Of a DNA stretch of 64,000 nt, positions 60,523-64,000 are shown in pieces. The notes beneath the pieces were generated by a model. The model worked only from the letters and a program-made list of their open reading frames with translations. It was not told where the DNA came from and searched no databases. Every line of letters starts with the position of its first letter. Positions within the stretch are counted from its first letter, which is position 1. Source of the stretch: Candidatus Oxydemutatoraceae bacterium (GTDB taxonomy: Bacteria > Pseudomonadota > Gammaproteobacteria > Poriferisulfidales > Oxydemutatoraceae); assembly GCA_965218975.1 (NCBI GenBank), contig OZ244717.1:1056001-1120000 (forward strand), in the 5' to 3' direction. A program made the position numbers and the translations under genes.

Positions 60523-62282
60523 GCTGTTTTTCTGCCCCGGCGCAATACTCCTAATAATATCAGTGCGGTAATCAGTCCGTAAAACAATATTTGCCATCTT
60601 TCCTGACGAAATGGCAATATCCGATAGTCCGTTACAATTCTGAGATTAGATATTTTGAGTGCGTTTTCTGCGGATGGGATGAGCAGGTTATCTTCATCCA
60701 CCGCGGCATAAATAAACGCGGTGACAAAATCATCAAGCATCGGACTGACCAAGGTTACGACACGCCAACGAAATGTTTCGGGGCTGGCTTGTTGTGGCGG
60801 CATTAATATTAGCATGTCTTCCAACAGTGGCAACCTCAAGCCTTGATAAATCTCCGGATACAGGCTTAAGCGGCTGGTTATCTCGATTTCAGCAGGCAAG
60901 TCATAGAAGTCGGATTGATTCGGGTCGTTGATTAACGCGGCATTTTGAATGCGCTGATTGACTGCTGCCGATAAAATTCTGCCGGTGATGCTTGTATCAG
61001 TTTGTGTATTGACAAACAATGTTGCTTTTTTTTGCTCGGGAATATTTTGCACAGCGGCGCTGAGCCTTGCAAAGAATTCTTTCTCTTCCTGAGAAAAGAC
61101 TAATGAAAGGTTTGAGATGCGCTGCAAAATATCGCGGTTAAAGTTGTAGTTCGCCAATTTTGAAGTATCGGTACCGTTATCCGATGCGTTTTGCACTTCT
61201 TGCATGAAATCAAATAGCGCCGGGAGTATGGTTTTGAAGTCAACGACCGGATGCTTGCTGAAAAGTGATATTTGCTCCTTTCTTGATTGTAAGTCGGTAC
61301 TGTTAGGATCGGCGCTGCGAAAGCGGCTAAGCGTTGTTTGTTTGCGTTGTCGCGATTTACTGCCCGACATGTTTTCTTTTATCATTTGTGCCAGCGCATT
61401 AAAAACCAAATCGCTTTCTTTCTGTGTCGGATTCTTTTTCTCGCCTGATCCGGGCAAGTCGGTCGGTTCGGTAATTTCCGAAGTGCCGTTGCCGGTATCA
61501 AATGCCAAGTCGTTGTAAGGATAGTTTTCGTCGCCGATCGGTGTTGAGAGTAAAGTGGCTTGTTGAGGAATCATGCTTTGATTTTCATCAGTTAATTCTT
61601 TTAGGGTTTGATCGAAATTATCGGATGTATCTGCAATATTATTACCGCTTTGTTTCTCACTATTATTCTTTTCGTCAGTTTCATCAGGATCGTCTTTGTC
61701 ATCAAAATTTCCTTCTTGCGCAATATCATTTCCTTCGCTGCGGCTCTTTTTTTGTTTATCCGAGCCAGCTGAAAAGTGCCAGTGACGCGGCGAATGATTA
61801 TGAGATTTGAGAATTGACATCACGATATAAAACAGTCTGATACTATAGATATCAATGCGCATACGCAATAATTGCGCTTTTGTCAGACTACGGATATATT
61901 TGTCAAAGCGATTATTTTGTAATAAAAGTTCATGGCGAGGGATTCTTTTCCCGGTGTAATAGTTTTGAATATAGCCATCGTGCAATTCAATAATCGGCAT
62001 CCGCGCATGCTGAGGATTACGATCAAGCGGCGAAGTGTTATAGTCGTGTAACCGTGTCGGCGGGCTATTAGGCAGTGTGTTCATTACAACCGAATGAGCG
62101 ATTTCACGGCTTAATAGTACGGAAACGTCCTCTACTTGTTCAAGTTGTTCTTGTTCCTGTTCATGCTTGATGAAGATTGTGACGACAATCATAATGATGA
62201 TGATGGCAACGCTGTTAGCAAGAATGTCAGCGAGTGCAACACCGGCAAAGCCTGGGAATAAACTATGTTGTCGCGGATTCAT
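60519..62282 (-). CDS. Hypothetical membrane protein, N-terminal TM with Asp (ExbD/MotB-like), acidic disordered linker, C-terminal TM
   Basis: ALADILANSVAIIIIMIVVTIF; C-terminal ILFYGLITALILLGVLRR. Confidence 0.7.
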   Translation of the reverse strand: MNPRQHSLFPGFAGVALADILANSVAIIIIMIVVTIFIKHEQEQEQLEQVEDVSVLLSREIAHSVVMNTLPNSPPTRLHDYNTSPLDRNPQHARMPIIELHDGYIQNYYTGKRIPRHELLLQNNRFDKYIRSLTKAQLLRMRIDIYSIRLFYIVMSILKSHNHSPRHWHFSAGSDKQKKSRSEGNDIAQEGNFDDKDDPDETDEKNNSEKQSGNNIADTSDNFDQTLKELTDENQSMIPQQATLLSTPIGDENYPYNDLAFDTGNGTSEITEPTDLPGSGEKKNPTQKESDLVFNALAQMIKENMSGSKSRQRKQTTLSRFRSADPNSTDLQSRKEQISLFSKHPVVDFKTILPALFDFMQEVQNASDNGTDTSKLANYNFNRDILQRISNLSLVFSQEEKEFFARLSAAVQNIPEQKKATLFVNTQTDTSITGRILSAAVNQRIQNAALINDPNQSDFYDLPAEIEITSRLSLYPEIYQGLRLPLLEDMLILMPPQQASPETFRWRVVTLVSPMLDDFVTAFIYAAVDEDNLLIPSAENALKISNLRIVTDYRILPFRQERWQILFYGLITALILLGVLRRGRKTA

Positions 62283-62287
62283 TCCGG

Positions 62288-62800
62288 TTATTTAATAACT
62301 TTCTCTATGTAAGCCGGAATATCATCCAGTGAAACCGATTTCAACAGTTCATTGTTTGCGATGATCCAGCCGATGTGCAGTAGCCGATTAGGCATAATTT
62401 CCAACATACAGTTTCGTGCCTCCGCCATGGTCGTTACACTACCTTCCAATAAGGCAAAAATTAATTGCTGTCGCTTGGCGTTGTAAATTTTTCCGGCATA
62501 TTTGACAAAGGGGCTGTTTGGCAAACAGATTTCGCCTTGCGGTATGGTTTCATTGGTTTCTATAATGCGCAGTTTGTTAGGAAAAGTGATCACCGTGTAG
62601 CCGGAACCGCTGACTCCCCAGTTTACTTTATATAGTCCTTCTTCCGAGCTTGCCTCCAATCGCTCAAGCAAAGTGGCTTGCGAGAGGACATTGATAATTA
62701 AAAATAAAACGAGTAGAAGCGCGAAGATTCCGCCAAAGATTTCAACCATAGGCGCGTTGTTTTCTTTCTGATCATTGAGGGAATCGTGATCTTTTTTCAT
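62288..62800 (-). CDS. Hypothetical single-TM protein with acidic residue in the TM (ExbD/MotB-like)
   Basis: PMVEIFGGIFALLLVLFLII; coupled to the upstream gene by an ATGA overlap. Confidence 0.7.
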   Translation of the reverse strand: MKKDHDSLNDQKENNAPMVEIFGGIFALLLVLFLIINVLSQATLLERLEASSEEGLYKVNWGVSGSGYTVITFPNKLRIIETNETIPQGEICLPNSPFVKYAGKIYNAKRQQLIFALLEGSVTTMAEARNCMLEIMPNRLLHIGWIIANNELLKSVSLDDIPAYIEKVIK

Positions 62801-63834
62801 GAGGCATTGAGCGGCATACTACGGATGTGATTTTCATAATCAATGAGCAAGCTATCTTCCCAGCGCTGTAAAGTCGTTTGTAACAACATCAGCAAAACAC
62901 TTAGCGATAGTGCAATCAATGTGGTATCAAATGCAATCCCTAAAGGCGAGATAGCTTTACCTAGCTCGGACGAAAGCTGGCCAAAATTTTGTTGGGTATT
63001 AATAATGTTTTGAATGCCGTCCGCCGCCAATGAAATTCCCAGAACTGTGCCTATGAAACCTAGTATTGGGATTGCCCAATTAATGTAGCGCGGGATGATA
63101 TAAAAGTCGGCGGATTTTTTCCATAGCAGGTCGATATAATGTTCCGGCGAAGTGGCGCCAGTGGCCTGTAGATTTTGGTAATATGTCTGTATCAACACCG
63201 ATTTCTGTGATACCGTGTTACCCGCAATCAGCTTACCTTCGCGCCAAAGAATATAAGCTTTGTTAACAACCATCAATAATCCCCAGCAGAACAGGAATAC
63301 CGTTAGCGGCGGAATGATGCCGCGATTCAAGAACTTACCGGCGATCCAATTCCATGAGGGATGGTTCAGTTGTAGATAATGAATACTCAGCAAAGCGTAG
63401 GTTGCAATTGTGATTGACATGATGAAGGTAAGTGTCGGCGGCGGCCCCGAAAAAAATACTGTCAGCTTATTCGTTACCGAGTCCTTGCGTTTAGAAATAT
63501 TTGTTTGACTTGATAACAAATATAAAATGTACAGGGCTGAAGTTGCCAGTAACAAAGGAATTGATTTTTCAACTTGTACGTTGGTGCCGCCTAATAGCGG
63601 GGCTAACGCCTGCCAAGAAATTATGGCGCTAATAATGATTAACAATGAGATGCTCGACTGTTCAACGAGTTTTACCGGCTGTTGCTTGAATACATTTTGT
63701 ATTGCCATCAAAATGGCAACGATAATTAAGCCTGCTATCAAACCATATCCAATCGGCAGAGATAGTAGATAAGCAAGACTCGTTCCGGTCAAGGCAAATA
63801 AGGCGGAGGATACGAGAGTGATTGTAAGATTCAT
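62797..63834 (-). CDS. MotA/TolQ/ExbB proton channel family protein with extra N-terminal TM helices
   Basis: WAIPILGFIGTVLGIS...LGIAFDTTLIAL motif. Confidence 0.85.
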   Translation of the reverse strand: MNLTITLVSSALFALTGTSLAYLLSLPIGYGLIAGLIIVAILMAIQNVFKQQPVKLVEQSSISLLIIISAIISWQALAPLLGGTNVQVEKSIPLLLATSALYILYLLSSQTNISKRKDSVTNKLTVFFSGPPPTLTFIMSITIATYALLSIHYLQLNHPSWNWIAGKFLNRGIIPPLTVFLFCWGLLMVVNKAYILWREGKLIAGNTVSQKSVLIQTYYQNLQATGATSPEHYIDLLWKKSADFYIIPRYINWAIPILGFIGTVLGISLAADGIQNIINTQQNFGQLSSELGKAISPLGIAFDTTLIALSLSVLLMLLQTTLQRWEDSLLIDYENHIRSMPLNAS

Positions 63835-64000
63835 AACTTCTGATGGTCGGTGAATGACTAAATAACTTAAACGTGCATTATTTATATGGGTTAAGCTGGT
63901 AATAGCTCAAGCTTATCATGACAATAAAGTTTGAATTATAGAATATATTCGCGTTAATGAAACAGCTAGAACAGATAGTGCTTTCTGAAAAAATTACTTT

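Noticed and set aside
60519-63834. Zorya ZorAB anti-phage system
   Set aside because: The channel lacks a long cytoplasmic ZorA tail, no OmpA-like ZorB domain is visible, and no helicase or nuclease partner follows.

Overview
Bacterial chromosome segment, probably gammaproteobacterial. A host-associated or symbiont lifestyle is inferred from the eukaryote-like LRR, FN3 and cadherin proteins. From left to right: (1) a shattered IS481-family transposase interleaved with eight copies of a 98-bp palindromic unit; (2) a 2518-aa repetitive exported protein; (3) a molybdopterin oxidoreductase followed by an FNR-type reductase fused to a ferredoxin domain; (4) a tandem duplication (12797-18699 and 20628-27754) of the reductase 3' part, tRNA-Arg(ACG) and a giant LRR/GlyGly-CTERM surface gene, with an IS1634-family element exactly at the junction and the two LRR copies reshuffled into different module mosaics; (5) a ~23-kb type I restriction-modification defence island (hsdM, hsdS, hsdR, M48 peptidase) whose hsdS-hsdR interval holds accessory cassettes punctuated by hsdR-head and hsdS-tail scars, plus a second IS1634 flanked by an exact 323-bp direct repeat; (6) a frameshifted TonB-dependent receptor ahead of an intact six-gene TonB/Ttp-type operon; (7) a convergent four-gene operon encoding a MotA/ExbB-like channel, two single-TM partners and a double FGE-sulfatase-domain protein. 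The most notable items are the apparent IS1634-linked multi-kb duplication with LRR diversification, the hsd-scar cassette array, the palindromic repeat array and the orphan motor-like operon. All family calls come from motif recognition by eye; no searches were run.
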